From assembly GCF_056746865.1 (NCBI RefSeq), contig NZ_CM163382.1: a DNA stretch of 64,000 nucleotides. One strand, written 5' to 3'. Numbering within the stretch: the first letter of the stretch is position 1; each line of letters opens with the position of its first letter. The notes under the pieces were generated by a model, which worked only from the letters and a program-made list of their open reading frames with translations, made no database searches and was not told the DNA's origin. Shown piece after piece: positions 35,301 through 46,487 of this stretch. A program made the position numbers and the translations under genes.

Positions 35301-37100
35301 ATGACGACACAGGTCCCACCTTCCGCGTTGCTTCCGTTGAACCCGGAGCAACTGGCACGCCTTCAGGCGGCCACGACCGATTTAACTCCCACCCAGCTTG
35401 CCTGGGTTTCTGGCTATTTCTGGGGCGTGCTCAACCAGCAGCCTGCTGCGCTTGCAGCGACGCCAGCGCCCGCCGCAGAAATGCCGGGTATAACTATTAT
35501 CTCCGCCTCGCAAACCGGCAATGCGCGCCGGGTTGCTGAAGCATTACGCGATGATTTATTGGCGGCAAAACTGAACGTTAAGCTGGTGAACGCGGGCGAC
35601 TATAAATTCAAACAAATCGCCAGCGAAAAACTGCTTATCGTGGTGACGTCAACGCAAGGGGAAGGGGAACCGCCGGAAGAAGCCGTCGCGCTGCATAAGT
35701 TCCTGTTCTCCAAAAAAGCGCCGAAGCTGGAAAACACCGCATTTGCCGTGTTTAGCCTCGGCGATAGCTCTTATGAATTTTTCTGCCAGTCCGGGAAAGA
35801 TTTTGACAGCAAGCTGGCGGAACTGGGCGGTGAACGCCTGCTCGACCGTGTCGATGCCGACGTTGAATACCAGGCTGCTGCCATCGAGTGGCGCGCCCGC
35901 GTGGTTGATGTTCTGAAGTCCCGTGCGCCTGTCGCGGCACCTTCGCAATCCGTCGCTACTGGCGCGGTAAATGAAATCCACACCAGCCCGTACAGCAAAG
36001 ACGCGCCGCTGGTGGCGAGCCTTTCGGTTAACCAGAAAATTACCGGGCGTAACTCTGAAAAAGACGTTCGCCATATCGAAATTGACTTAGGTGACTCTGG
36101 CCTGCGTTATCAGCCGGGTGACGCGCTGGGCATATGGTATCAGAACGATCCGGCACTGGTGAAAGAACTTGTCGAACTGCTGTGGCTGAAAGGCGATGAA
36201 ACTGTCACCGTTGACGGCAAAACGCTGACCCTGAGCGAAGCGCTCCAGTGGCACTTTGAACTGACCGTCAACACCGCCAACATTGTTGAGAACTACGCCA
36301 CGCTTACCCGCAGCGAAACGCTGCTGCCGCTGGTGGGCGATAAAGCGAAGTTACAGCATTACGCCGCGACCACGCCGATTGTTGACATGGTGCGTTTCTC
36401 TCCGGCGCAACTGGATGCCGAAGCGCTGATTAATCTGCTGCGCCCGCTGACCCCGCGCCTGTATTCCATCGCCTCCTCGCAGGCGGAAGTCGAGAACGAA
36501 GTGCACGTTACCGTTGGTGTGGTGCGTTACGACGTGGAAGGCCGCGCCCGTGCGGGTGGTGCCTCCAGCTTCCTCGCGGATCGTGTGGAAGAAGAGGGTG
36601 AAGTCCGCGTCTTTATCGAACATAACGATAACTTCCGCCTGCCAGCCAATCCGGAAACGTCGGTGATTATGATTGGCCCAGGCACCGGCATCGCGCCGTT
36701 CCGCGCCTTTATGCAGCAACGCGCCGCCGACGAAGCGCCGGGGAAAAACTGGCTGTTCTTTGGCAACCCGCACTTTACGGAAGATTTCCTCTACCAGGTG
36801 GAATGGCAGCGCTACGTCAAAGAGGGCGTGCTGACGCGTATCGATCTTGCCTGGTCGCGCGATCAAAAAGAAAAAATTTACGTACAAGACAAACTGCGCG
36901 AACAGGGCGCGGAGCTGTGGCGCTGGATCAATGACGGTGCCCACATTTATGTCTGCGGCGACGCTAATCGCATGGCGAAAGATGTTGAGCAGGCACTTCT
37001 GGAAGTGATTGCCGAATTTGGTGGCATGGACACCGAAGCGGCGGATGAATTTTTAAGTGAGCTGCGCGTAGAGCGCCGTTATCAGCGAGATGTCTACTAA
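35301..37100 (+). CDS. cysJ: sulfite reductase [NADPH] flavoprotein alpha component CysJ
   Basis: 599-aa ORF; flavodoxin-like FMN domain plus FAD/NADPH reductase domain. Confidence 0.95.
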   Translation: MTTQVPPSALLPLNPEQLARLQAATTDLTPTQLAWVSGYFWGVLNQQPAALAATPAPAAEMPGITIISASQTGNARRVAEALRDDLLAAKLNVKLVNAGDYKFKQIASEKLLIVVTSTQGEGEPPEEAVALHKFLFSKKAPKLENTAFAVFSLGDSSYEFFCQSGKDFDSKLAELGGERLLDRVDADVEYQAAAIEWRARVVDVLKSRAPVAAPSQSVATGAVNEIHTSPYSKDAPLVASLSVNQKITGRNSEKDVRHIEIDLGDSGLRYQPGDALGIWYQNDPALVKELVELLWLKGDETVTVDGKTLTLSEALQWHFELTVNTANIVENYATLTRSETLLPLVGDKAKLQHYAATTPIVDMVRFSPAQLDAEALINLLRPLTPRLYSIASSQAEVENEVHVTVGVVRYDVEGRARAGGASSFLADRVEEEGEVRVFIEHNDNFRLPANPETSVIMIGPGTGIAPFRAFMQQRAADEAPGKNWLFFGNPHFTEDFLYQVEWQRYVKEGVLTRIDLAWSRDQKEKIYVQDKLREQGAELWRWINDGAHIYVCGDANRMAKDVEQALLEVIAEFGGMDTEAADEFLSELRVERRYQRDVY

Positions 37101-38812
37101 TGAGCGAAAAACATCCAGGGCCTTTAGTGGTCGAAGGAAAACTGACAGACGCCGAGCGCATGAAGCTTGAAAGCAACTACCTGCGCGGCACCATTGCGGA
37201 AGATTTAAACGACGGTCTGACCGGCGGCTTTAAGGGCGATAACTTTCTGCTGATCCGCTTCCACGGCATGTATCAACAGGATGACCGCGACATTCGCGCC
37301 GAACGTGCTGAACAGAAGCTGGAGCCGCGCCACGCGATGCTGTTGCGCTGCCGTCTGCCGGGTGGCGTGATCACCACCAAACAGTGGCAGGCGATCGATA
37401 AATTTGCCGGTGAAAACACCATTTATGGCAGCATTCGCCTGACCAACCGCCAGACGTTCCAGTTCCACGGCATTCTGAAAAAGAACGTCAAACCGGTGCA
37501 CCAGATGCTGCACTCGGTCGGTCTTGATGCGCTGGCGACTGCTAACGACATGAACCGTAACGTACTCTGCACCTCGAACCCTTACGAGTCGCAGTTGCAC
37601 GCGGAAGCATATGAATGGGCGAAGAAAATCTCTGAACATCTGCTGCCGCGTACCCGCGCGTATGCGGAGATCTGGCTCGATCAGGAAAAAGTCGCCACCA
37701 CCGATGAAGAACCGATCCTCGGTCAGACTTATTTGCCGCGTAAATTCAAAACCACGGTAGTGATCCCGCCGCAGAACGATATCGATCTGCACGCCAACGA
37801 CATGAACTTCGTGGCGATCGCCGAAAACGGCAAGCTGGTGGGCTTTAACCTGCTGGTGGGCGGTGGGCTTTCCATCGAGCACGGCAACAAGAAAACCTAC
37901 GCCCGCACGGCGAGTGAGTTTGGTTATCTGCCGCTGGAGCATACGCTGGCGGTGGCAGAAGCCGTCGTGACGACTCAGCGCGACTGGGGTAACCGTACCG
38001 ATCGTAAAAATGCCAAAACCAAATACACGCTGGAGCGCGTGGGGGTTGAGACGTTTAAAGCGGAAGTGGAGCGTCGCGCGGGGATCAAATTTGAACCGAT
38101 CCGTCCATATGAGTTCACCGGACGCGGCGATCGTATTGGCTGGGTTAAAGGCATTGATGATAACTGGCACCTGACGCTGTTTATCGAAAATGGTCGCATC
38201 CTTGATTATCCTGGGCGTCCGCTGAAAACCGGCCTGCTGGAGATCGCGAAGATCCACAAAGGTGATTTCCGCATTACGGCGAACCAGAATCTGATCATCG
38301 CCGGAGTGCCGGAAAGCGAGAAAGCGAAGATCGAGAAGATCGCCAAAGAGAGCGGGTTAATGAATGCCGTCACGCCACAGCGTGAAAACTCAATGGCCTG
38401 CGTGTCATTCCCGACTTGCCCGCTGGCGATGGCCGAAGCGGAGCGTTTCCTGCCGTCTTTTATCGACAACATCGATAATTTAATGGCGAAACATGGTGTC
38501 AGCGATGAGCATATCGTGATGCGTGTAACAGGCTGCCCGAACGGTTGTGGTCGCGCGATGCTGGCGGAAGTGGGCCTGGTGGGTAAAGCGCCGGGTCGCT
38601 ACAACCTGCATCTTGGCGGCAACCGCATTGGGACACGTATCCCACGGATGTATAAAGAAAACATCACCGAACCGGAAATCCTGGCGTCGCTTGATGAACT
38701 GATAGGGCGCTGGGCGAAAGAGCGCGAAGCGGGTGAAGGCTTCGGCGACTTTACGGTGCGTGCGGGCATCATTCGCCCGGTGCTCGATCCGGCGCGCGAT
38801 TTGTGGGATTAA
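37100..38812 (+). CDS. cysI: sulfite reductase hemoprotein beta component CysI
   Basis: 570-aa ORF starting at cysJ stop overlap; sirohaem/4Fe-4S cysteines (CVSFPTC...CPNGC). Confidence 0.95.
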   Translation: MSEKHPGPLVVEGKLTDAERMKLESNYLRGTIAEDLNDGLTGGFKGDNFLLIRFHGMYQQDDRDIRAERAEQKLEPRHAMLLRCRLPGGVITTKQWQAIDKFAGENTIYGSIRLTNRQTFQFHGILKKNVKPVHQMLHSVGLDALATANDMNRNVLCTSNPYESQLHAEAYEWAKKISEHLLPRTRAYAEIWLDQEKVATTDEEPILGQTYLPRKFKTTVVIPPQNDIDLHANDMNFVAIAENGKLVGFNLLVGGGLSIEHGNKKTYARTASEFGYLPLEHTLAVAEAVVTTQRDWGNRTDRKNAKTKYTLERVGVETFKAEVERRAGIKFEPIRPYEFTGRGDRIGWVKGIDDNWHLTLFIENGRILDYPGRPLKTGLLEIAKIHKGDFRITANQNLIIAGVPESEKAKIEKIAKESGLMNAVTPQRENSMACVSFPTCPLAMAEAERFLPSFIDNIDNLMAKHGVSDEHIVMRVTGCPNGCGRAMLAEVGLVGKAPGRYNLHLGGNRIGTRIPRMYKENITEPEILASLDELIGRWAKEREAGEGFGDFTVRAGIIRPVLDPARDLWD

Positions 38813-38826
38813 CCATCAGCCCGGTC

Positions 38827-38864
38827 TTGTAGGCCTGATAAGACGCGTGAGCGTCGCATCAGGC
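38827..38864. repeat. REP-like palindromic unit between cysI and cysH
   Basis: cttgtaggcctgataagacgcgtgagcgtcgcatcaggca. Confidence 0.6.
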
Positions 38865-38885
38865 AAGGCAAACAGTGAGGAATCT

Positions 38886-39620
38886 ATGTCCAAACTCGAT
38901 CTAAACGCCCTGAACGAACTGCCGAAGGTAGATCGCATTCTGGCGCTGGCAGAAACTAACGCCGAACTGGAAAAACTGGACGCTGAAGGCCGCGTTGCCT
39001 GGGCGCTGGATAATCTGCCCGGTGAATATGTACTTTCTTCCAGTTTCGGCATTCAGGCGGCGGTGAGCCTGCATCTGGTGAATCAGATTCGCCCGGATAT
39101 TCCAGTGATCCTCACCGATACGGGTTACTTGTTCCCGGAAACCTACCGCTTTATTGACGAGTTAACGGACAAACTCAAACTCAACCTGAAAGTGTACCGT
39201 GCTACCGAAAGCGCAGCCTGGCAGGAAGCACGCTACGGTAAACTATGGGAGCAGGGCGTTGAAGGCATTGAAAAGTACAATGACATCAACAAAGTCGAAC
39301 CGATGAACCGGGCGCTGAAAGAACTGAATGCGCAAACGTGGTTTGCTGGCCTGCGCCGCGAACAATCCGGCAGTCGCGCCAATTTACCGGTGCTGGCAAT
39401 TCAGCGTGGCGTATTTAAAGTGCTGCCGATTATCGACTGGGATAACCGAACGATATATCAGTATCTGCAAAAACATGGCCTGAAATATCACCCATTATGG
39501 GATGAAGGATATTTATCGGTCGGTGATACCCATACAACCCGTAAATGGGAACCCGGCATGGCGGAAGAAGAAACGCGTTTCTTTGGCTTAAAAAGAGAAT
39601 GTGGGTTACACGAAGGGTAA
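38886..39620 (+). CDS. cysH: phosphoadenosine phosphosulfate (PAPS) reductase CysH
   Basis: ORF 38733..39620; preferred ATG at 38886 ([15 protein letters not shown]...) giving 244 aa; C-terminal ECGLH motif. Confidence 0.9.
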   Translation: MSKLDLNALNELPKVDRILALAETNAELEKLDAEGRVAWALDNLPGEYVLSSSFGIQAAVSLHLVNQIRPDIPVILTDTGYLFPETYRFIDELTDKLKLNLKVYRATESAAWQEARYGKLWEQGVEGIEKYNDINKVEPMNRALKELNAQTWFAGLRREQSGSRANLPVLAIQRGVFKVLPIIDWDNRTIYQYLQKHGLKYHPLWDEGYLSVGDTHTTRKWEPGMAEEETRFFGLKRECGLHEG

Positions 39621-39637
39621 ATATTGCCGGATAAATT

Positions 39638-39677
39638 AAACGCCTCTGTCAGAAATGATGGGGGCGTTTTTATTTTG
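39638..39677 (+). terminator. probable cysH terminator (aaacgcc ... ggcgttt + TTTTATTTT)
   Basis: 7-bp stem with long loop then T-run, 18 bp after cysH stop. Confidence 0.45.
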
Positions 39678-39884
39678 CGAGCAGCATTCCTGATTTTAAA
39701 CGTGAACGCCGCTGGAAGAATTATCAGGTATAGAATGGCGTTGGGTGCTTGAGGCTGTCTGGCGTTAAGCATTCGCGAGGTTCCAGATGGACAAAAGCCC
39801 CAGGCGATATTTCTATCAACCTGAGGCCAGCGTTCGAACCTAAGCAATTCGAATGTTAGTCTCTTCTTTGCAGGGAGGCAAGAC

Positions 39885-40037
39885 ATGCTGACAAAATATG
39901 CCCTTGTGGCAATCATCGTACTGTGTTGTACAGTACTGGGATTCACGCTGATGGTAGGCGACTCGTTGTGTGAGTTGAGTATCAGAGAACGTGGTATGGA
40001 GTTTAAGGCAGTTCTCGCTTACGAATCGAAGAAGTAG
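39885..40037 (+). CDS. Hok/Gef-family type I toxin (HokE-like), 50 aa
   Basis: ATG at 39885 preceded by AGGGAGG Shine-Dalgarno; [50 protein letters not shown] has the single TM helix and the Hok signature ...SLCE...E..AVLAYES.K; not listed in the ORF track because it is under the length cutoff. Confidence 0.75.
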   Translation: MLTKYALVAIIVLCCTVLGFTLMVGDSLCELSIRERGMEFKAVLAYESKK

Positions 40038-40048
40038 CCACCACGCGG

Positions 40049-40058
40049 GGGTAAAACC
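40049..40058. repeat. left target-site duplication of IS186 (GGGTAAAACC)
   Basis: identical 10-bp sequence flanks both IS186 ends; an 11th base is ambiguous. Confidence 0.75.
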
Positions 40059-41397
40059 CATAAGCGCTAACTTAAGGGTTGTGGTATTACGCCTGATATG
40101 ATTTAACGTGCCGATGAATTACTCTCACGATAACTGGTCAGCAATTCTGGCCCATATTGGTAAGCCCGAAGAACTGGATACTTCGGCACGTAATGCCGGG
40201 GCTCTAACCCGCCGCCGCGAAATTCGTGATGCTGCAACTCTGCTACGTCTGGGGCTGGCTTACGGCCCCGGGGGGATGTCATTACGTGAAGTCACTGCAT
40301 GGGCTCAGCTCCATGACGTTGCAACATTATCTGACGTGGCTCTCCTGAAGCGGCTGCGGAATGCCGCCGACTGGTTTGGCATACTTGCCGCACAAACACT
40401 TGCTGTACGCGCCGCAGTTACGGGTTGTACAAGCGGAAAGAGATTGCGTCTTGTCGATGGAACAGCAATCAGTGCGCCCGGGGGCGGCAGCGCTGAATGG
40501 CGACTACATATGGGATATGATCCTCATACCTGTCAGTTCACTGATTTTGAGCTAACCGACAGCAGAGACGCTGAACGGCTGGACCGATTTGCGCAAACGG
40601 CAGACGAGATACGCATTGCTGACCGGGGATTCGGTTCGCGTCCCGAATGTATCCGCTCACTTGCTTTTGGAGAAGCTGATTATATCGTCCGGGTTCACTG
40701 GCGAGGATTGCGCTGGTTAACTGCAGAAGGAATGCGCTTTGACATGATGGGTTTTCTGCGCGGGCTGGATTGCGGTAAGAACGGTGAAACCACTGTAATG
40801 ATAGGCAATTCAGGTAATAAAAAAGCCGGAGCTCCTTTTCCGGCACGTCTCATTGCCGTATCACTTCCTCCCGAAAAAGCATTAATCAGTAAAACCCGAC
40901 TGCTCAGCGAGAATCGTCGAAAAGGACGAGTAGTTCAGGCGGAAACGCTGGAAGCAGCGGGCCATGTGCTATTGCTAACATCATTACCGGAAGATGAATA
41001 TTCAGCAGAGCAAGTGGCTGATTGTTACCGTCTGCGATGGCAAATTGAACTGGCTTTTAAGCGGCTCAAAAGTTTGCTGCACCTGGATGCTTTGCGTGCA
41101 AAGGAACCTGAACTCGCGAAAGCGTGGATATTTGCTAATCTACTCGCCGCATTTTTAATTGACGACATAATCCAGCCATCGCTGGATTTCCCCCCCAGAA
41201 GTGCCGGATCCGAAAAGAAGAACTAACTCGTTGTGGAGAATAACAAAAATGGTCATCTGGAGCTTACAGGTGGCCATTCGTGGGACAGTATCCCTGACAG
41301 CCTACAAAACGCAATTGAAGAACGCGAGGCATCGTCTTAACGAGGCACCGAGGCGTCGCATTCTTCAGATGGTTCAACCCTTAAGTTAGCGCTTATG
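40059..41397 (+). mobile_element. IS186 (IS4 family), ~1.34 kb
   Basis: 23-bp terminal inverted repeats CATAAGCGCTAACTTAAGGGTTG / CAACCCTTAAGTTAGCGCTTATG; transposase matches recalled IS186 InsL; inserted in a G-run/C-run palindrome. Confidence 0.9.
40114..41226 (+). CDS. IS186 transposase
   Basis: ORF 40108..41226 begins at a GTG; preferred ATG at 40114 (MNYSHDNWSAILAHIGKPEEL...). Confidence 0.85.
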   Translation: MNYSHDNWSAILAHIGKPEELDTSARNAGALTRRREIRDAATLLRLGLAYGPGGMSLREVTAWAQLHDVATLSDVALLKRLRNAADWFGILAAQTLAVRAAVTGCTSGKRLRLVDGTAISAPGGGSAEWRLHMGYDPHTCQFTDFELTDSRDAERLDRFAQTADEIRIADRGFGSRPECIRSLAFGEADYIVRVHWRGLRWLTAEGMRFDMMGFLRGLDCGKNGETTVMIGNSGNKKAGAPFPARLIAVSLPPEKALISKTRLLSENRRKGRVVQAETLEAAGHVLLLTSLPEDEYSAEQVADCYRLRWQIELAFKRLKSLLHLDALRAKEPELAKAWIFANLLAAFLIDDIIQPSLDFPPRSAGSEKKN

Positions 41398-41407
41398 GGG
41401 TAAAACC
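41398..41407. repeat. right target-site duplication of IS186 (GGGTAAAACC)
   Basis: read directly after the right inverted repeat. Confidence 0.75.
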
Positions 41408-41580
41408 CCGCGTATTGAATTGTGATGGTTTGGTCTCCTGCACCCTTTTTTAATTTATATTGTTTATGTGAATATTATGCCTATGTTTATTATTCATATA
41501 TATTACTGATGAAAATTATTTGATTATTCATAATGTAAATATTTTATTGGACGATATATATCACAGATAATTTTTAATAT

Positions 41581-44280
41581 ATGCGTAAATATCCTTTAAG
41601 TTTACTGAAGGATAAAAATATTGTGACTTTTTTTGATTTCTGGGGAAAAACCCGACGCGGCGAGAAAGACGGGGGCGACGACTATCACCTTCTTTGCTGG
41701 CATTCGCTGGATGTAGCCGCGATGGGCTATTTAATGGTTAAAAGCAATTGCTTCGGACTGGCTGACTATTTTCGTCAATTAGAGATTTCTGACAAGGAAC
41801 AGGCGGCTCAATTTTTCGCCTGGTTGTTGTGCTGGCACGATACTGGTAAATTTGCCCGCTCATTTCAGCAACTTTACCTGCACCCGAAACTCAGGGTTCC
41901 GGAAGGTGCTAGAAAAAATTACGAAAAAATCTCTCATTCAACGCTGGGCTACTGGTTGTGGCATCATTATTTAAGTGAATGTCAGGAGTTACTTCCTTCC
42001 TCTTCACTCTCTCCCCGCAAACTTACACGTGTAATAGCGATGTGGATGCCCATAACTACCGGGCATCATGGTCGCCCGCCTGACCGTATTGATGAACTGG
42101 ATAATTTTCTGCCTGAAGACAAAGCTGCCGCGCGAGATTTTCTTCTTGAAATCAAACCACTGTTTCCGCTCATAGAGATCCCCGCATTCTGGGATGATGA
42201 TGAGGGCATTGAACTTATAAAACACCTTTCCTGGTATATCTCTGCAACCGTCGTACTCGCAGACTGGACGGGATCGTCAGCGCGGTTTTTTCCACGCGTT
42301 GCACAGGCAATGGATATTAAAGATTACTGGCAGAAGGCTTTAGTTCAGGCTCAAAACGCCTTAACCGTCTTTCCTCCAAAAGCACAAACCGCGCCTTTCA
42401 CCGGAATTAATACGCTGTTTCCTTTTATTGAGAATCCGACACCGTTACAGCAAAAGGTGCTGGATCTGGATATCAGCCAGCCAGGGCCACAGTTATTTAT
42501 TCTGGAAGATGTGACTGGCGCAGGTAAAACGGAAGCGGCGCTTATCCTGGCGCACAGGTTGATGGCTGCGGGTAAAGCGCAGGGTTTGTTTTTTGGCCTG
42601 CCAACAATGGCAACGGCCAATGCCATGTACGATCGACTGGTCAAAACCTGGCTTGCTTTCTATTCGCCAGAGTCCCGCCCCAGCCTGGTGCTGGCACACA
42701 GTGCCCGAACATTAATGGACCGCTTTAATGAATCACTCTGGTCCGGTGATTTAGTCGGGTCAGAAGAACCGGATGAACAAACGTTCAGTCAGGGATGTGC
42801 GGCCTGGTTTGCCGACAGTAACAAGAAGGCGCTACTGGCTGAAATTGGCGTCGGCACGCTGGATCAGGCGATGATGGCTGTGATGCCGTTCAAACATAAT
42901 AATCTGCGGCTTCTGGGACTGAGTAACAAAATCCTGCTGGCTGATGAGATCCATGCCTGTGACGCTTACATGTCATGCATTCTTGAAGGGCTGATCGAGC
43001 GGCAGGCGCGTGGCGGAAACAGCGTCATTTTGCTTTCTGCCACGTTATCTCAACAGCAGTGCGACAAACTCGTTGCTGCCTTTGCGCGTGGTACAGAGGG
43101 CCAGCAAGAAGCTCCGTTCCTGGAAAAGGATGATTACCCCTGGCTGACGCACGTTACGAAATCCGATGTGCATTCACACCGGGTAGCGACGCGCAAAGAC
43201 GTTGAGCGTAGCGTGAGCGTGGGTTGGCTTCATAGCGAACAAGAATGTATTGCGCGTATCGAATCGGCAGTAAGTCAGGGGAAATGCATCGCCTGGATCC
43301 GGAATTCTGTCGATGACGCTATTAAGGTTTATCGTCAGTTGCTTGCCCGCGGCGTCATTCCTGCTTCCAGCCTTTCTCTGTTTCATAGCCGCTTTGCTTT
43401 TAGCGATCGCCAGCGAATTGAAACGGAAACGCTGGCACGCTTCGGTAAAGAAGATAGCTCACAGCGTGCCGGAAAAGTCCTCATTTGTACTCAGGTCTTA
43501 GAGTCGAGCGTTGATTGCGATATGGACGAAATGATTTCCGACCTGGCCCCTGTTGATTTGCTGATCCAGCGAGCGGGGCGATTACAGCGGCATATCCGCG
43601 ATATTAATGGTCAGTTAAAGCGTGACGGAAAAGACGAGCGTTCCCCTCCTGAATTGCTGATTCTGGCCCCCGTCTGGGACGACGCTCCAGGTGACGAATG
43701 GTTCGGCAGTGCCATGCGTAACAGTGCATATGTCTATCCCGATCATGGACGAATCTGGCTGACGCAGCGTGTACTGCGTGAGCAAGGCGCTATTCAAATG
43801 CCACACGCAGCCCGCCTTCTTATTGAATCAGTCTACGGTGAGGACGTGGTAATGCCGGAAGGATTTGCCCGCAGCGAGCAGGAGCAAGTGGGCAAATATT
43901 ACTGCGATCGCGCAATGGCTAAAAAGTTTGTGCTGAACTTCAGGCCTGGCTATGCCGCCAATATCAACGATTACCTTCCGGAAAAGCTGTCGACACGTCT
44001 GGCGGAGGAGTCTGTTTCCCTGTGGCTGGCTACCTGTATTGCCAGTGTGGTGAAGCCTTATGCCAACGGTGCTCACGCATGGGAAATGAGCGTTGTCAGA
44101 GTGCGTCGAAGCTGGTGGAAAAAACATCGGGATGAGTTTTCTTTACTGGAAGGGGAAGCGTTCAGGCAGTGGTGCATTGAACAGCGGAAAGATCCGGAGA
44201 TGGCAAACGTGATTTTAGTTACCGATGACGAAAGTTGCGGGTATTCGGCTATGGAAGGATTGACTGGCAAGGTTGGTTGA
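41581..44280 (+). CDS. cas3: CRISPR-associated nuclease/helicase Cas3 (type I-E)
   Basis: 899-aa ORF; N-terminal HD-type histidines (HSLDVA, WHDTGK, TGHHGRP); helicase Walker A (GAGKTEA) and DExH-like box (LADEIHACD); AT-rich upstream region. Confidence 0.9.
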   Translation: MRKYPLSLLKDKNIVTFFDFWGKTRRGEKDGGDDYHLLCWHSLDVAAMGYLMVKSNCFGLADYFRQLEISDKEQAAQFFAWLLCWHDTGKFARSFQQLYLHPKLRVPEGARKNYEKISHSTLGYWLWHHYLSECQELLPSSSLSPRKLTRVIAMWMPITTGHHGRPPDRIDELDNFLPEDKAAARDFLLEIKPLFPLIEIPAFWDDDEGIELIKHLSWYISATVVLADWTGSSARFFPRVAQAMDIKDYWQKALVQAQNALTVFPPKAQTAPFTGINTLFPFIENPTPLQQKVLDLDISQPGPQLFILEDVTGAGKTEAALILAHRLMAAGKAQGLFFGLPTMATANAMYDRLVKTWLAFYSPESRPSLVLAHSARTLMDRFNESLWSGDLVGSEEPDEQTFSQGCAAWFADSNKKALLAEIGVGTLDQAMMAVMPFKHNNLRLLGLSNKILLADEIHACDAYMSCILEGLIERQARGGNSVILLSATLSQQQCDKLVAAFARGTEGQQEAPFLEKDDYPWLTHVTKSDVHSHRVATRKDVERSVSVGWLHSEQECIARIESAVSQGKCIAWIRNSVDDAIKVYRQLLARGVIPASSLSLFHSRFAFSDRQRIETETLARFGKEDSSQRAGKVLICTQVLESSVDCDMDEMISDLAPVDLLIQRAGRLQRHIRDINGQLKRDGKDERSPPELLILAPVWDDAPGDEWFGSAMRNSAYVYPDHGRIWLTQRVLREQGAIQMPHAARLLIESVYGEDVVMPEGFARSEQEQVGKYYCDRAMAKKFVLNFRPGYAANINDYLPEKLSTRLAEESVSLWLATCIASVVKPYANGAHAWEMSVVRVRRSWWKKHRDEFSLLEGEAFRQWCIEQRKDPEMANVILVTDDESCGYSAMEGLTGKVG

Positions 44281-44377
44281 GATGCCTGCGACAGGGCTCT
44301 CTGAATAGTTGATACACCGAAAAGGATGGAATGATGGACAACCGACCTAGGATGGTCTTTTTTACGAGAGGATGCGT

Positions 44378-45940
44378 ATGAACTCGTTTTCACTTCTGAC
44401 AACCCCGTGGTTGCCCGTTCGTTATAAAGACGGAACGACAGGCAAACTGGCGCCTGTCGATCTGGCGGATGAAAATGTTGTCGATATTGCTGCGCCACGG
44501 GCAGATCTCCAGGGAGCGGCATGGCAGTTTTTGCTGGGGCTACTACAAACCAGCTTTGCGCCAAAAGATCATCGTCGTTGGGATGATATCTGGGAAGACG
44601 GACTGGAATCTGAAAAGCTACGGGAAGCATTGCTGTCCTTAGAACACGCTTTCCAGTTTGGGCCAGATTCCCCTTCATTTATGCAGGATTTCGAGGCGCT
44701 CACAGGAGATAAAGTTCAGGTCGCTTCGCTACTGCCTGAGATTCCCGGCGCTCAAACAACGAAGTTTAATAAAGACCACTTTATCAAGCGTGGTGTAACG
44801 GAATACCTGTGCCCACATTGTTCTGCGTTAGCTCTGTTCTCCCTACAGTTAAATGCGCCGTCAGGTGGTAAAGGCTACCGCACCGGTTTACGCGGCGGTG
44901 GGCCGATGACCACTCTGATTGAATTACAGGAATATCAGGGCAATCAACAAACGCCCTTGTGGCGCAAACTGTGGCTCAATGTGATGCCGCAGGACGAAGC
45001 CGACTTACCGCTACCCAAAAAATTTGACGATCTGGTTTTCCCCTGGCTTGGCCCGACGCGTACCAGCGAACTGGCCGGTGCGGTGGTAACCGATGATCAG
45101 GTTAATAAACTCCAGGCGTACTGGGGAATGCCGCGGCGTATTCGTATTGATTTTAATACCACGACAGTCGGCAACTGCGATATTTGCGGCGAGCAGAACG
45201 ACGCGCTCCTGAGCCTGATGACGACCAAAAATTACGGCGCGAATTATGCCATGTGGCAGCATCCCTTAACGCCTTACCGTGTACCCCTTAAAGAGGGCGG
45301 CGAGTTTTACTCGGTCAAACCACAACCAGGCGGTTTAATCTGGCGCGACTGGTTAGGCCTTATCGAAACGGGTAAATCAGAAAACAATACGGAACTTCCC
45401 GCGCTGGTGGTGAAACTCTTTAATGCCAGCAGTCTCAAGCAGGCAAAAGTGGGCCTGTGGGGATTTGGTTATGATTTTGACAACATGAAAGCGCGCTGTT
45501 GGTACGAACACCATTTTCCGCTGCTGCTCGATAAAAAAGAAGGCCAGATACCGAAGCTGCGGCTGGCTGCGCAAACGGCTTCACGGATTCTGAGTCTGTT
45601 ACGGAGTGCATTGAAAGAAGCGTGGTTCTCCGATCCAAAAGGTGCACGGGGTGATTTCAGTTTTGTGGATATCGACTTCTGGAACAAAACTCAGCATCGC
45701 TTCCTGAGGTTAGTGCGCCACATTGAAGAAGGTCAGGATGCGGATGAATTACTCAGCAAATGGCAAAAGGAAATTTGGTTATTCGCGCGTCAGGATTTTG
45801 ACGAGCGTGTCTTCACCAATCCATATGAGCCCGTTGATTTGAAACGCGTCATGACCGCGCGCAAGAAATATTTTACAACATCGGCGGAGAAGCAAAATGC
45901 TAAAGCCGCCAGGGAGAAAAAGCAGGAGGCTGCTGAATGA
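44378..45940 (+). CDS. cse1: Cascade large subunit Cse1 (CasA)
   Basis: ORF 44372..45940; ATG at 44378 has better Shine-Dalgarno spacing (GAGAGG); position after cas3 and size ~520 aa; sequence diverges from the K-12 CasA I recall. Confidence 0.8.
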   Translation: MNSFSLLTTPWLPVRYKDGTTGKLAPVDLADENVVDIAAPRADLQGAAWQFLLGLLQTSFAPKDHRRWDDIWEDGLESEKLREALLSLEHAFQFGPDSPSFMQDFEALTGDKVQVASLLPEIPGAQTTKFNKDHFIKRGVTEYLCPHCSALALFSLQLNAPSGGKGYRTGLRGGGPMTTLIELQEYQGNQQTPLWRKLWLNVMPQDEADLPLPKKFDDLVFPWLGPTRTSELAGAVVTDDQVNKLQAYWGMPRRIRIDFNTTTVGNCDICGEQNDALLSLMTTKNYGANYAMWQHPLTPYRVPLKEGGEFYSVKPQPGGLIWRDWLGLIETGKSENNTELPALVVKLFNASSLKQAKVGLWGFGYDFDNMKARCWYEHHFPLLLDKKEGQIPKLRLAAQTASRILSLLRSALKEAWFSDPKGARGDFSFVDIDFWNKTQHRFLRLVRHIEEGQDADELLSKWQKEIWLFARQDFDERVFTNPYEPVDLKRVMTARKKYFTTSAEKQNAKAAREKKQEAAE

Positions 45941-46473
45941 GTATTGTAAAAGAGGAGCACAAAGCCACGCTGCGTAAATGGCACGAAGAGTTGCAGGAAA
46001 AACGCGGCAATCGTGCCAGTCTGCGGCGTAGCACAACGGTTAATGATGTTTGTCTGTCAGAAGGGTTTCGTTCTCTGCTGATGCAGACCCACACTTTGTG
46101 GAAAATTGAAGCACAAGAGTGGCGTTTTACCGCACTGGCGCTGGTCGCCGCAGTTAGCGCCAATGTTAAAGCTATTGATGAACGGCAGCCTTTTGCCGCG
46201 CAGCTGGCGGCGGTAATGTCGGAGGGGCGTTTTACTCGCCTGTCGGCAGTAAAAACGCCTGATGATTTACTGCGTCAGTTACGTCGCGCGGTCAAATTAT
46301 TAAATGGTTCCGTCAATCTTATCTCTTTGGCAGAAGATATTTTCCGCTGGTGCCAGGAGAGCGACGACCTGCTCAATCATCACCGCCGCCAGCAGCGGCC
46401 AACAGAATTTATCCGTATCCGCTGGGCGCTGGAATATTACCAGGCTGGCGACGCCGATAACGAACAAAATTAA
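45937..46473 (+). CDS. cse2: Cascade small subunit Cse2 (CasB)
   Basis: 178-aa ORF, start overlaps cse1 stop (ATGA), AGGAGG Shine-Dalgarno; operon position. Confidence 0.8.
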   Translation: MSIVKEEHKATLRKWHEELQEKRGNRASLRRSTTVNDVCLSEGFRSLLMQTHTLWKIEAQEWRFTALALVAAVSANVKAIDERQPFAAQLAAVMSEGRFTRLSAVKTPDDLLRQLRRAVKLLNGSVNLISLAEDIFRWCQESDDLLNHHRRQQRPTEFIRIRWALEYYQAGDADNEQN

Positions 46474-46487
46474 TAAAGGACTATCTC

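Noticed and set aside
37205-38257. 350-aa minus-strand ORF antisense to cysI
   Set aside because: Embedded in cysI; antisense artefact
39840-40061. 73-aa minus-strand ORF overlapping the hok-like gene
   Set aside because: Antisense to a well-supported hok ORF that has a strong Shine-Dalgarno; a Sok-like antisense RNA may exist here but a protein is unlikely
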